In this document: positions 28,801 through 43,652 of the stretch, one piece after another
How the letters are laid out: every line of letters starts with the position of its first letter
Position numbering within the stretch: position 1 is the first letter of the stretch
Assembly (NCBI GenBank): GCA_021613535.1
Contig: CP075495.1
Span: forward strand, 11,656,001 to 11,720,000
Direction: 5' to 3'
DNA length: 64,000 bases
Source of the DNA: Adineta vaga
Lineage: Eukaryota; Animalia; Rotifera
Position numbers and translations under genes: made by a program
The notes under the pieces: model-generated
Told to the model about the DNA's origin: nothing
The model's database searches: none
Seen by the model: the letters and a program-made list of their open reading frames with translations, nothing else

Positions 28801-31800
28801 TGTCGTCGTGATGGTCGTCGTCGTCGTCTTTTTTTTCACAAAGAAATGTGTACAGTGAGAAAAAGAGAAAGAGCAAAGTTGTCATATTTTTTTTCTTTGT
28901 TAGATTACGTATGGGAGAGTATATTAGGTAATCAATATGTGCGCGCATCGTCTTGATTAACGATGAGGGTCAGTAGTACCCTATTGTCCAGTGAATGCCT
29001 CAAGAGACAGTTGGCACCAATGCTATTCACATCTTTTCTATCATGCAGAGAATATGGATGATTTCCGTCGTACTAATCAACAATGAAAGAGACACAAAAA
29101 AGAGGAAGTATACGTTAGAAAAAGAAATCTAGATCTATTTATCAATATCATTTTTGCTTTTATTGACCGTGTAGACGACAATGGAATAGGTCAGAAAAAG
29201 AAAATGGAAGATTGAGATGTCTTACTTTTCGAACACCTGCAGATATAGAAACTTTTCTTTGTCTTCTCAGCATGTATCCACTGAAAGCTGATGTAGTCTA
29301 GTCATTTGTCGTTAACAAGCTTTCTACAGTTTTTTTTAACTGAACAAAGATCATGACATTTTTTTTACTCAACTACTAATTAAAATTATTGTTACATTTG
29401 AAATTGATATGACATGTCTTTCCTTTCTTTCTTTTTCAAAATGACATTATTCAATCTACTTTCATCATCTTCTTATAAATGCCTCTGATCCATAACTTGT
29501 CTATTTTAATATTATTAAAACTTTATGTCAAATGTATTACATCTATTCGTTTGCATATATGACTCACAAAAATCGACAAGATGTTGCCTTTATTGTGTTC
29601 ATGGAAATGAAGTGAACTTGATGACATTCTCAAGAGTAGTCGTGTGTATGACACTACGAGTGAAAAGAAAGATGACGACAATGGTGATCGAAGAGAGCTA
29701 CTCATACACACATATCGATAGATGTATATGCGAGCCGTTGATACGATTATTTCTAATCAATTTTGTTGCTTTTTCCCGTTCATGTATCTGTGAAGTTGTT
29801 TAATGTTGTGTATACTGAACGGATAGCGATCAAACAATGAATGCGACAATGTATTATCGATTATGATGGAAACATATTTTCAATGAATTAAAAGTGATTG
29901 TTTATCGCATAGAGTTCATGATATTGAAATAGAAAAGAAGAATTAAATCGTATTCAACTGAGAATTTTTTGAAACAATTGTTCCACATCAAATTGATTAT
30001 AAAAAAAACGAGTTTGATTAATTAATATTTGGAAATTTCAATATTTTTCATGTCTTCTTGATCTTACCGATCGGTACTACACAGAGTCGATTTTATTGGT
30101 ATCTTCATTGTCTGCAAAAAATGGCCGCGAAATCAATTGTTTGATCATTCAAATACTAAACAAACGTGAACTTTTCTTCTTCTTCGTTCATTATTTTCTT
30201 TCTTGATAAAGGAAACAAACATAATTTACCAATAGAAAGTTTAATCATCATGAGAAAAAGAAAATGAACGATTAGACACTGTAATCTTTACTTATTCTCT
30301 TCTAATAAAAGAAGCCTCAATCATCTTAACCTTGCTTTTTTAGTCTATCACAATCATGCACGCGGTATCAAACCATTCAAGTGCATTATTCATAAAAGAA
30401 ACCTATAATATCGACAAATGTCATATCTTCAAATCGACCACAACCATTGAAAGTACTATTCATCATTTGCTTTGTTCAACTCTATTTACTTTGTGATCAT
30501 TTAAAATTTCATTGATCAGAAATTTACGAATAATACTAATCAACAATATAGCTATTTTGTTTCAATATCGAATAAAATCAGTGAAGAAAATTGAAGATTC
30601 TGGTGACATTGAAGAAATCAGTATAAGTTAAGAAAATATTTCTTGAAATACAAGTATGAAGTCATATCGGAAGCAAATTGCTAGATAATATTCGATTAAT
30701 TAGTTCTAAAATATCATCGTCTCGATTCGTAAACAGACTAGACTAGTAAGACATTCTTCTAGTGAATATCGAGATAAATAGATATGTAGATAATATTTGC
30801 AGAATTTGGATAATTCTTATAGTTATATCGTCTTCTATTAGACGACAAAAAATTATATCACAATATATGAGAAAACTCTTCGATCGGTTTTTTCAGATTT
30901 ACATATCGTAATCATAAATATTTATTTTCTGCTAGTTCTCGATCTATTTTGCTCGGCAATCATACCAGATGCCGCAGTCTAATACCGATTATTTCTGACC
31001 TTTCTTCGTTGTGTGATAAAGTTTTTTTGTCCTTGTGTATCATCAATGTAATTTATCTCTAGTCTACACGAGTATATCATTTGCAAATACCTCGAACAGA
31101 ATTCTCTTGATAAACTGAGTAAGTTTTTAACTTAACCATAAGATATCGAAAAATCTTTCTTGAAGAATATTCTAAGATGAAGAAACAGAAGTAAATAGAA
31201 TGAATTATCTTTAATTTCTTGATACCAATTATCATTGAAGATGAAAGCTGTCTACTTTTTTTTCTTCTTTGTCATAGTTGAATGATTTTCAATAATATGA
31301 ATAGAATTCAATACTTTGTAACAGCTGGATAAGATTTGTTTTATGAGGTAATTCTTTGTCAATAAAAATGATAATGAATACTACTGATAGAAGATCTTTC
31401 GTCAAGTAGAAGAAAAAGAAAAATCTATTAAATAACCTCATCAAGCAATCTTTCACCTAGGTCAATGACAATCCAGCTGGCCCAATATAATTTATCTAAA
31501 CAGAAGAAACATTAATAATATCCCAGTAATAACTTATTGAAAGAACATATCCTTTGGCGAAATATCGTAATCGACACTACAGGATAGTGTAGTGCATCTA
31601 TCTCTGATGAAACAAAATCAAAAATAATATTTGTTCGATATAGATCTTAAATTACTATTGCATCATTATGCCTCGGTAGTATATAAGGTTGAAATAACAT
31701 AGAAAGAAATATAGTCAAGTTAAACAATAGATTGTTTTGGTATTTATAATCAAGATTTTTAGAAAAATAATAGATCGATATGTTCGTATAGTCATTTTCA

Positions 31801-34800
31801 ATGTGAATACAATACAGATCAATTGGTGTGTATCAGTCAAAAAGAAAACGAAGTATTTAATTTTGATTTATATTATCGATGAGTTAGAGATAAGAAAATG
31901 AAATGCAGAAGACACTAATCGAACGTTTTTTTCCCTTCATATATTGTTGCTAATGATCAACAATTCTTTTCGAATCGTCAATAATCAGAGTCATCATCAT
32001 CATCGGTCAAGCAATGATCGAGATAACGTTGAGTATGGTGCCGTTCTTCTTTTCACCAACATTTTTGTTGTCATATTTAGAAAGAAAATTACAATGAAGA
32101 TTGTCATCAATCTTTACAGAATAGAGAACTGATGACTTTTGTTCACATAAGAAATCTTTCTGTCTTGTAATATAAAGAAACGGATGTGATTGTCACCTAT
32201 GTAAATAATCGACAAGTACCTTGATTGAGAGTTGACAACAGTAACGGGAAATAGTTTTAAATAACGATCGTAAGAAAATAATTCACAAACATTTTTCTTT
32301 TTCAAGCATTTCGATCAATAATTGAGAGAGAGAGAGAGTTAGAAGAAAAATGGTTTCTTCTGTCTTTCTTTTTTTTTGTAGACTAAAGTATCTTTTTCTG
32401 AGAAGATCTTTTGACGAGAAAATGTCGCTGTCTTTCATTATGTTGTTTAAGTAGCATTTATCTTCTGGAAAACAATAGAGACTTTTCTCACACCTGTATA
32501 AACTTTTGTAAAAAAGAAATATAATTTTAACCTTGATTCTCCTGTATGTCTCGACGATCTTCATCGTACATTTACCATCAACAATCTTCGCATTCTTTTT
32601 TCTTCTTCTTTGTCTGTACACAAGATTAACACTTCTCATATAACAAGACGACGATTTCGAGAACACCTGCATATATAAGAATACGTGTGTAAGTGAACTG
32701 ATATTTGAACAGTCAAATTTAGATGGTTAAAGTTACCTGTTTACTATTGAGAGGAGAAGAAGAGAATCAAGGCTATTGTCATCCTCTCATTACCCATCAC
32801 GATGTCTTCGTATGTATGAGATTGTCACCATCTGGTTCTGATTCAAGCTATTGAAAGACAAATGCTGGAAAGAGAGAGGCAGAGATGGATGGAGAAAAAA
32901 AAGAAAGAAAAAGTGATAATCATTATATACTACATCCGTTCAGATTGTCTATACGTGCCAAGGAGATTGATACGACTAACTTTCTCGTGACACTTTCCCA
33001 ATAGTTAGACATTGAGATTTCTTCGTTTTAAGCAAACATATAATATTCTTTTAGTTTTTATCTATTATCTGAAGATAGAATTAGAACAAAGTGCTTTTTA
33101 TGACTTCTATTGTACAGTAGCGGTCTTATCAAGATACTTTTCTACTCAGTTTTAGATGACTTTCAATACTTGACAATTGTTTCATATTTAATCTTCATCG
33201 TTTTCTTTTTTTGTAGCTCTTTTTATGACTACACTCAAGTTGACGAATTCTTCTTCAACATCATTTATTGATTTTCTTCGATGATATCATCTCATAGGTC
33301 ATAGAATCCGTTATGATAAATCTTTTTTTATTTCTATCCATCTGAACAAGATTGACCTTTGATATTATATATATAGATAGACAGAGAGATGTGTCCGCAT
33401 AATATTCTCAATAACATTGAAGATGATGATGTTAATATAAAATAGGAACACCTGAGGAGAGTTTCATATACTGTATTTGATTAACCATGAGATGAGAAAG
33501 AAAAATCTTAGATATATCTGCCATTTGTTCAATTGAGCTAATCTATTTTACTTTGGTCCATTCTTTTTTTTCCCTAGATAATACATCTATATCAGCACGT
33601 CATGTAACATTCGTTTTCTTATCGTTCACTTTTTCTTTTACTATGTCGAATTGGTGGTGTAGTGATATGATTAATTGAAGAGATTTCTAATGAATTTGTT
33701 CATACAATGATGCATGGCGAACATACATTTCAAAGAATTATATCTATTTCTCTGGATCTATTTATTCCTCATAAATATGGTGAATACTTATCACACATTT
33801 GTCATACATTGGAATCGAACAACATTTATGTAAGTATAGTATAATTTATACGAAAAATTATGTTGTCAGTTTCGATCATATTTGATTTATCTCAATGGAT
33901 GATTGAGACGACAAACATGCTCATAGTCAAAGTCAATTGACTTTCAGGTGTAAAAACTATTCAGCATTGATGCAATAGTTTAGTGAATACATAACGAACG
34001 AGAGAGAGAGAGAGAGAGAAATATACAGGCGTGGCTCGTTACCTCATCAGGCAAATATATTCACGCGTCACGCAGTCTCGATAGACGATTGAGTAGATCA
34101 AAGTGACCTTTTGCGACCACATAAACGAGAAAGAAAAAAAGAGAGATAGAGAGAGTATGTGTGTTAGATGTATTCTGCAGATTGCATAAAGGCTAACGTG
34201 TAACCCATATATACAATTCATACATCCGATTGCTCATTAGCAAATATATCTCGTTTAGTTCAGTTGTCAGTTTCATTGATGTGTTTTCTTTTTAATTGCA
34301 AAAGATCGACGTAATCGAATCTTGAACAAACAGATGAAAATGCAAAAAATTAGAACGATCCTGTTAAGCTTTTTTTGTCTTCTTTCTCTCTTCTTTCCGT
34401 TCATTCAGATTATCGCACAAATAAGAATGCAACATCTTTTCGAACCACTAATCTTCACGTTCACCCAATTAAATCAAGCTCGTTTTACTGTCTACGAAGC
34501 TCAAGGGCGAATGATCAAGACTCTTTTTCTTTTCGTCTAATGAGCCACTTGCATGTTCGCGTAAATTTTAGTCATTTCTTTTTATATAAAAATCAACTGT
34601 CTCCCATCCGTATGCATGAATGCATTTAAGGCAGGACATATACATATATATATATATACTTGACTGTCAAACAAGCATATCATCATCATAAGAATGATGG
34701 ACGAGTTGAAATTAGTGATGTGTGCGGGATCGATTGTTTGATCGTCATCGGTTTCGCCTCCTTTCTCATTTATTCGTTCAGTTCAATTCAACTCTTTGTG

Positions 34801-36025
34801 ATATTGACTTTTTTTGTAGTCGAAATGGGCTCTCCTAAATAAACACTATGCATTTTACTATTCAATGTAGACACTCGAGGGTGATATATGACACACATAG
34901 AGATAGACAAAATAGTATACGGAAGAAATTTTTGCATATATATATACGTATACAGTTTATACACATACATATAGGTTCAATTTTCTCGCTTCAGTAAACG
35001 TGAGAGATAGATGATCATTGTAAATTATTGAAAAAAGTAAAATAAGATGTTCATCTTGACACACAATCTTCTGATACAAATTGATATACATATAGAATAG
35101 AAATAGTATAAACTAAATTGAAATTCAACCAAATGATTTCCAATCTCAGATATTATTTAAAATTGTTTTTCGTTCTTTTCTTTTCTGTTCATTCACTAAT
35201 CTTCACCGGCCGTCTCTATTTCTCTCACCTCCGGTATTTTATTTGTGCATATGTATACGCGCGTTTTCGATTGTTCACACAAGTGACACATACATCTATG
35301 TATTGATGTATTCTTTGATCATTCATCGATTTTTCTTTGTGATTAGTATGCTCACCGACTCAGCTCTCCGAGCGATCAGTCATAGGCATACCCAAAAATT
35401 ACGTGCATCAATGAACAGAACATGATAAGCCGTCCCGCCAATGATCATATAAGATAAATCGAAAGTCGAATAAAAACGAATCGAATTACAAATCTGCACG
35501 TCAACAAACTAGAAAAGAACAAATATACACATACACATATCCTACTTTTAAACTGAAAATAAGATAAGGAGGTATATAAGCATACGTTCATCTTTTCTTA
35601 ATTAAGATTAGTTCTTCTTTTTTGCTGAGAAAAAGAACTGTAAGATACATATATACATGATAATTGACTATCGGGTTGTTGATGTGTTACGCGAAACTCA
35701 TCTCACATCGATATGATAATGAATATAGGAATGAGAGAGAGAGAGAGAGAAACGATGGAGCAAGTGCACAAATGGTTCTTTCATATCTCCACTAATAATA
35801 AACGTTTTTGTCCCTCTCTCTCTCTCTCTTTCTCTTTTACTTGCTCTTCTTCTTCTTCTTCTTCTTCTTCTCTGGTTGTCGACAAAGAGAAATGAGAGAC
35901 GAGAGAAAGGATAATTGGACCGTTTCTTTTTTCTCGTATGTATTAGAGAAAGAGAGAAAGAGAGAACGGTCAGTTGAACAGAGCATAGTATATGTGTATT
36001 CAGTAGATGCAGCAGCAGAACGGCT

Positions 36026-39000
36026 ATGTTCATCAACACGTTGCCTGTGGTATCAATTCTTTTACTCATCTTCATAACTAGATACCCAACTTATTCTTTA
36101 CTTCTTCCAGCATTTCATTGGAATCAAACGACTTTCAGGTAAAATTTTCCTATCGATATGTAGTCAGTCGAAAAAAATACGAAATCGATTAATTGAAATT
36201 TTTCACTCTACATTGCACACGCGATGTCTTTTGTTCGCTATGATTGATAGACTATTACAATAAAATCTAGGACATTGTTGATTAATAGAAATATTTCAAT
36301 TTCAATTTTCCTATTGAAAATCTCATTGATTGATAAGAATGTTAGTAAAGAAGAAAGAGAAAAAGATTAATATGTTAGAAAAATATTTATGTTTAGGGAG
36401 AAATTACAATGGTATCTTTAATAGAAAATGACACAATTCCATTCTTTTGGAAGATTGTTTATTTATTTAACGAGTTAAATATGTTACGAGAAGAAGAAAG
36501 AAACCTGTTCGATGTAAAAATGAATTATGCTTTTATTGAGCATCCATCCATTTTGTTTCTAGTAATAAACGATCGATCGTGTAACTGTTTGGAAGTTGTT
36601 GAGTCAATCTATTCATTTTAAACTACTTATATTATTCACCATTCGTCGCTTAATTGCATTGCTCACCACGCGTCTTGTCTGTCTGTTTGTTTGTTTTCAT
36701 GTAAAAGAAAGAACAGGGTAACGCCCGTGAAACAGACGCATTGGATTAGTTATCAAAACATACAGAGTGTTCATTGTGTTTGTAGATGTTCGTTGGTGGA
36801 CAATGATGTTCTCTACATTTCATCCTTCAAGGATGATCAGATAACTGATGAGAGAACATGATTGTCTCAAGAGACTACAACATAACTTGTTCATTTAGTT
36901 CCTACTGAGATCAGACGAATTTGATTTTTCTTCAGGTTATTTTAATTGAGAAAACATTTGTGACTTTTAAGTCAATATAGAACATTCCAAATGAAATAAT
37001 CGAATCATGACTTTCGATGATGATTATATTTAGTAAAAATATTCATAAAATTGATTTGATTAGTCTTTTAGAAAAACAAATGTCATCTGAAAAAACGATT
37101 ACATCATAGAAAAGACATATATAGATATCGACATTCTTCTTTCAAATTCTGATAGAAAATATCAGAGACAAGAAAAACTTTTATGTTTGCTGCGATGGCA
37201 TTAAATGTCCTCTACTTAGTGTCCATCTGTGCTACATATACAAATGACTTTTCAGTGTTCACGTCTTCAGGCTACAGTAGCGGGTGTACTTTCTTTTTTT
37301 CTCTTTAATGTGTTTATATTCATTTTCTATAGTATATGTCTGTTCATAACAGAGCCCTAACGGCATCTTATTCACTCTAGGCTCTACTGACCTTGACTAG
37401 AGATATTTTCTTTTTAATTAGATTTCTTTTTCTCTCTGTATTTTTTCAAGTATCATTTAAAAATAAGCTCTTGAAATCAAACGAAAGACAAGAAAAAACA
37501 GCATTAAAATAAAAATCAAATAAATTCTTCTATTTTGTTTATATATGTATAGGCCATATCAAGACGGTTCATTAGTTTTTGAAGTACGTTTGGGTGATGT
37601 TATGGATTTGATATGTCCATTCTACGATGAACAACAATCGTACATGACAAGTGAACTGGAACAATACGATATCTATCGAGTATTTTATTGAAAAAAAAGC
37701 GCAAATTCAAATAAATTTTATGCATATTTTTGATGTTTTTCTTTAGGTATCGGAAAATGAATATCAAAGTTGTAATATTAATCAATATAATCCTGAGCCC
37801 ATAACACGACGTATCATAACGTGTAACAGTCCGTATGATGTGATGAAATATACACTTAATTTTCGTTCATATTTACCTATTCCTAATGGATTTGAATTTC
37901 GTCCAAATCAAACTTATTATTTTCTTTCAACATCATCAAGTCACTCACAATGTAATAAATTGAAAATTTTTGTACATGATTATCGTAAGTAGAAATCTTT
38001 TTTTTTTAACTCGATGATAATAATGTCGTTGTTTTGCTTCATTGCATTTTCATAGATATACAAATGAGACAACATGATTGTGTAAGAGAATTGATGAAGT
38101 GTAATCAAATCATGTTAGATTCGATAGTTGTTCGCTCGAGCGCATTTTTCTACTGATTACTTGAGAGAAAGGGAATGATCGAATGACGAGACAAATCCAA
38201 TAGTGACTATTATACATATTCACCAATTAGTGAACCATAATCGATTAGTTGTCTAGAAAAGAAAGAATCAATTTTCATCACATTATCTCGACAACTTATG
38301 TTTTTAAACATTGAATATAAATAATGTAAACTCTTATCGACAAGTTTCTTGTTTCGATAAATATTGATGAATAATCGAGTATTCAATTGTATTTTTGTTC
38401 AAAATAAAATGATTCATAATAAGGATCACTGGAATGTCGAGAATGATAGTGATTGTATGCGATTACGATCAGACGAGTTGGCGGCTTCTTTTAGCACTTT
38501 CCTAGTTGTTTTTTACGTCATTGATGTGCTATGCATGACTTCGTCATCAAACTAAGATACTATTAGTATTTCTTTTTATGTATATATGATAACAACTGAG
38601 TAACAAATAATCTTGTTGTCGAGATAAATTACTATCATTGTCTATCAATCATATCTGTTCGATATACTTCATAGAATGCTTCAACATAACCTTATTATCG
38701 AATATCGATCGATTTGTTATTATTCTTATTGTAAACAAAATCGAATTCTAATGAATTTTTACCAACTATTTAGATCGTACATCAATGTCTACAAGTACAT
38801 CATCAATTCTTTATAACTCTGAACATAAACCTCTATCATTTCCTCATTATTCTCATCATCGACATGATTTATCGTCATCATCTGTATATAAAAATGACCA
38901 TCGTCCTTTTCTACATGCAATTAAAGCACAACGTCATAGTGATCCATATTCAATCAAATGGATTACCGAAGGACCATATCGAGATATAGGTTTGTATTCT

Positions 39001-39180
39001 TGTTTTTCAACATAATCAATTCATAAATTTTCTTTCAAAATAGATAAACCTTATGGAACACGAAACATTCTTGAAACATCTGTTTCACCACCCAATATGC
39101 TTAGTCTAGCATTGAGTTCATCATCAACGAAAATATCAATATCATTTTTTCTTCTATGTCTTCTGCTTTTGATAAGATAA
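36026..39180 (+). CDS. Ephrin with C-terminal GPI-anchor-type signal, 5 exons (missed by the ORF track)
   Basis: Signal peptide MFINTLPVVSILLLIFIT, then FHWNQTTFR|PYQDGSLVFEVRLGDVMDLICPFY, EQYDIYR|VSENEYQSC, IITCNSP, KYTLNFRSYLPIPNGFEFRPNQTYYFLSTS: the ephrin receptor-binding domain with 4 Cys. Ends SSSSTKISISFFLLCLLLLIR-stop (TAA 39178-39180). Confidence 0.92.
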
Positions 39181-40011
39181 TATCACGAAATGGTTTTCAT
39201 TTTTTTTTGATACCCGGTGTTTCTTCAAAGTTTTACTATGAAAATCTTGTTTTGTTAAATGAACATTTTCTTTTCTCCACTTGGAAGAAGATCTTGCTTT
39301 AACTATTCATTGCGTGTACAAGAACAAATTGATGAAAATATATTCATTGTGTTCTGTTTTTTTTCGTTTTTTTTTAAATACTTTATTCATCTTTAAAATG
39401 CACAGAAAATAAAATATCAGAATAATTCAATCTTTTTATTTCGACAATAAAACGATTAATAACGTATTTATTGCCATTTCTCTAGACTCATACAAAACTT
39501 TGGTGCAAATTTTTGATATGATTAGTGTAGTTCATGTATAATCAGATATTGAATTATTCTAATCGATGATACCAAATTTCTGTTCTTTAATCCACCATAT
39601 TCTTCTTACAGGACCTTTTTGCTTTATATAAGATTTATTTTTCTAACCTTTTTTTTTCAATCTATAAAACATCGTTCAACAATGATCATTGTATCTCGTT
39701 TTAATTCATGTACACAAGATTGCAATATGATAACTATTTGTATATTATCACATCTTATTACACATGTCGTGATTCTTATAGATATTGTTATATAAGTTGT
39801 CATCATTGATGCACACTACACATGTAATATAACTAGACGATGTACGCGAAGATAAAAAAGAATATAAACGAAAGTTGTTTTTGCTTTATTATGATTGAAT
39901 TAGATTTTATCTGTTTTTTTTTCCTGAACCAAGTTCTTTTTGCGATCGCTACAAAATTTCTTTTCGAAATAAATGAGGAAAAATTTTGTACATGTCGAGA
40001 AAAATGATATG

Positions 40012-42083
40012 TCAACTAAGAAATTTGATCCATTGAGTTTTTGGTGTCGAAGAAGTTTTGGAAATAAATTCCCGATTACCCATAAAAGGTCGAAGAGGAA
40101 CTGGAATTACAACGTGTCCCTTGTCCTAACGAATATAAAAAATTGAATATATATATATATATAGCTTCATTCAAGAACAATTTCTTACTGGTTTCCAATT
40201 TGATTCAATTATTGCTGTAAGCATACGAGGTATAGCCATAGCTGTTCCATTCAACTAGAATCAAAAGAATTCATCAAAGTTTCACCTGAAGATATTCGAA
40301 CATACAGTATAAACAAATCGTTCTTCTCCGTTGTCATCAATATATTTAATATGTAAACGTCGAGATTGAAAATCAGTACAGTTGGATGCACTACTTATCT
40401 TGAAGAGAGTAACATTCTATAGTAAACAAGAAAATATCATTGAAAAGAACATACTTCACCATAGAATTTTTTTGCTGGCATCCATGATTCAATATCATAC
40501 TTTCTGTGAGCAGAAAGACCAAGTTCTTCCGTAGGCATATCAAGTATTCTAAAAAATATGTGTACAGAAAAGAATGCCGATTAAAATGATTGAGGTCAAA
40601 CCTAAAATGTAGTCCTAGTTCTTCGAACATCGATGTTTCTAATCGTACAATTTCATTATGCATTTCTTGAGAAACATTCTCATCATCCGTTGTTACAGCA
40701 AACATTTCCACTTTATTGAATTCATGTACACGATATAAATTACCTTCACTTTTTCCACCGGGTAATTCAGCTCGATAACAACGACTACATGCTGCTAATC
40801 TATCGAACAAATTATTATGAAAAAGAAGAATAATCTAAAAAGATATGCTATTTACTTTAAAGGTAGTTCATCTTTACGAAAAGTATTATGTTTAAGTAAA
40901 CCAGCGAGAGGCATTTCAGATGTACCAGCAAGACAATATCGACCAAATTCTTCACCATAATCTAATTGATAGACTTGAGATCGTCTGCCTCTTGTTGGAA
41001 ATCCACAGGATTCCTAAGAAATCAAAATAATCGTACTTTATCTATGTACAATTCGAAAAAACTATTACAATAATTCCTCGATGAATAATATCAGGAACAG
41101 AAACTAGTTTAAAACCCTAGAGTAAACAGAAGAAAAATAGAGTAAAGAACTTTGAAGAGAAAAGAAAACTTACGTTTTGTGTAAGTTTTTCAAATGCATA
41201 ATACATTAAAGCTCGTTCTAAACGAGCAAAATCACCAAATAATGCATAGGCACCTCGAAAAGATACGTGACCCATATTTCTGTCATTAAATCAACAATTT
41301 ATTCTATCGTACAATTATTTATCTAAACTAAAACTCACTCGAGTTGTATCAGATTTAATTCCTGACCAATCTGATCAACAGACAAACAGGATTCTGTCGT
41401 ATCTAAAACAAAATCATTTCTTTCATATTATCATCTATTATGTCTATTTGCTATTACCTGGCTTTTTTCCAATTTCACGAACTAAACGTGCTTGATCTTG
41501 ATTACCAATCGGCTGCATGAGAAGAAAAACAAGATGATATAAGACTAGAAATCTTATCAAAAAGACTACCTACGACATCAGGATGTGTATTATTCGGTAA
41601 TCTTAATGCACGATTGTATAGATCTTGAATTTTAAGTTTGATTTGATCCTAAATTTGAATAAAAATCATCGAAAAATTCTTAATTAAAAATCTTTACTTC
41701 GCCTTGAATTGGATCGAGTTTTTTATCTTCGATACGATGAAATAGAGTTTGAACATCTCGATGAAGATTATGCTATAAAATATGGATTACAATAGACAAA
41801 TACAAGCAAGTTATTCTCATACAATTTGTTCAATATCTGCATATTCAGTTTCTTTTCTTTGTTTGATATTTTCTATAATAGCTTGAGAATTTTCATGATT
41901 CAGTATATAATCCCAGTTGAGTGCAGCTGATCGAAGATCCAGTTCAACATATGGATTTAAACGATTTATATATGTTTTAACTTGATTCAAATAAGCACGA
42001 TAATCTTGCCATGGATTAAATTTAGGTGGTACACTCGAATGAAAACGAATTGGTAATCGAACAAGATATTTTACTCGATTCAT
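40012..42083 (-). CDS. SARS2: Mitochondrial seryl-tRNA synthetase, many short exons
   Basis: Basic N-terminal presequence [89 protein letters not shown] at 40012-40014. Confidence 0.94.
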
Positions 42084-42442
42084 CTCTATGTTTTTCCCGT
42101 ATACATCATCGTAATAAAACAGACCACAAGAAGTAGAACAGTAGTCTATTCGATCTTAACAATTCATAGAACTGACTAATCAGAAAGAAAATATCCGATA
42201 GATGGCATCATCTCAACATACAAGTTATAAGTTGAATATTAATTACAAAGATTCATTGAAATAGATTTACACATTATCAAAAACATTGTTCGTTATAATT
42301 TCGTCTCTCTTAGACTAAAAACATACAATTGTCCTACACAATGAACATCTTTTTTCTAATTAGCATTGTGATAGCACATGTGCTATATGCATGTATGTAT
42401 GTATATATAATATATTAGTTCTTCTCTTTTTCAGAATCCAGT

Positions 42443-43652
42443 ATGCATCTATCGAATAAGCAACGTGTAATGAATCAAACATATACGATCTTATCAAATA
42501 GACATTGTTCATCTCACAATGATGTTGGAGAAGATCAAACATATCCTATTTCGGAAAATCTCACTCAATTATCTTCGACATTGGATAATAATCGATTTTG
42601 TACATTTACAAAATACAAGATCAAACAATCGCCAAGCACAGTTATTGTTAATGAACATCAACAACGATATTTTGATTCACCAACAATGATCGTACCAGAT
42701 GATGATGATAATGATGATATTCCAATTAGTCGTTGTTCTAACAAAACATCTTTTACAAATACTTCCGTCATGATCGAACCAAATTTAGATGAAACAGAAC
42801 TGAGTGATCTTCTAGTTTTTACAAATCGTATGTGATCAACTAGTTTTTTCTCATTCATACATATTAATATCCCTTCATTTTTCAATTAGCAAATCGAATG
42901 TTATCTGAATCAATGCATGTAGTTGTTAGTCGACATCCATCTTTACAAGATTTGAAATATATTAATGATGTAAGCAGTCTTCTAATAGGTCCACCATTGT
43001 TCATACAAGAGAAAGAAGAACCTATTTATCAAGAATTAATTCGAGTCGAACATTTAATTACAACCCCACCAATCGATTATATGAATGATGTTGATGAAAA
43101 TAAAGAAAATCGTCCTCCATTAATGCCAATCAAATGTCCTGTATCACGAATACCGATTTGGACACCATCACCGACAAATAAAATTAATGAAACACCAAAC
43201 ACAACAAGTAAAAATAAGAAATATGAAGAAATAAGAAAGAAAATGTCAACAAAACCATGTATTACAGGTAAATAATTATAATATTAAATGTAGAAACTAA
43301 TTGCATGTTGAAAAGATCCTCTCATATATCTTGTTCTTCTACAAAGCAATAATTTTATATCTTTAGATATACTTGATCGATGGTCATCAATGACACCTAA
43401 ACTCAAAGAATTGCTATCCGATACACGAAAAATGCCTATTCGAGTATGTACTGTTCATTCTTTTCTTTGATAATTAAACTAATTATTATTTTGTTCTCCA
43501 AGATGCCACAACTAACATCGAATAGTAGTGAATTTCGTCGACTCAAACAATTATTAAATGATTTGGAAATAACAACATCTTCATGGACAAATGCTATTAA
43601 TCAATGTCGTTATGTTCTTCAACATGCTCAGCAACAATTTCATCGTGTATGA
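42443..43652 (+). CDS. Uncharacterised protein (start uncertain, possibly ATG 42202 with small upstream exons)
   Basis: ORFs 42443-42835, 42898-43275 and 43446-43652 are separated by short GT-AG-bounded AT-rich gaps and can be joined through a small exon at about 43367-43443. Helical C-terminus EFRRLKQLLNDLE. No family recognised. Confidence 0.6.

Noticed and set aside
25451-36077. Numerous 60-130 aa ORFs in the gene-free block
   Set aside because: Composition is driven by microsatellites and T/A runs (poly-F, poly-S, RE repeats), with no consistent splice structure or coding-like codon usage.
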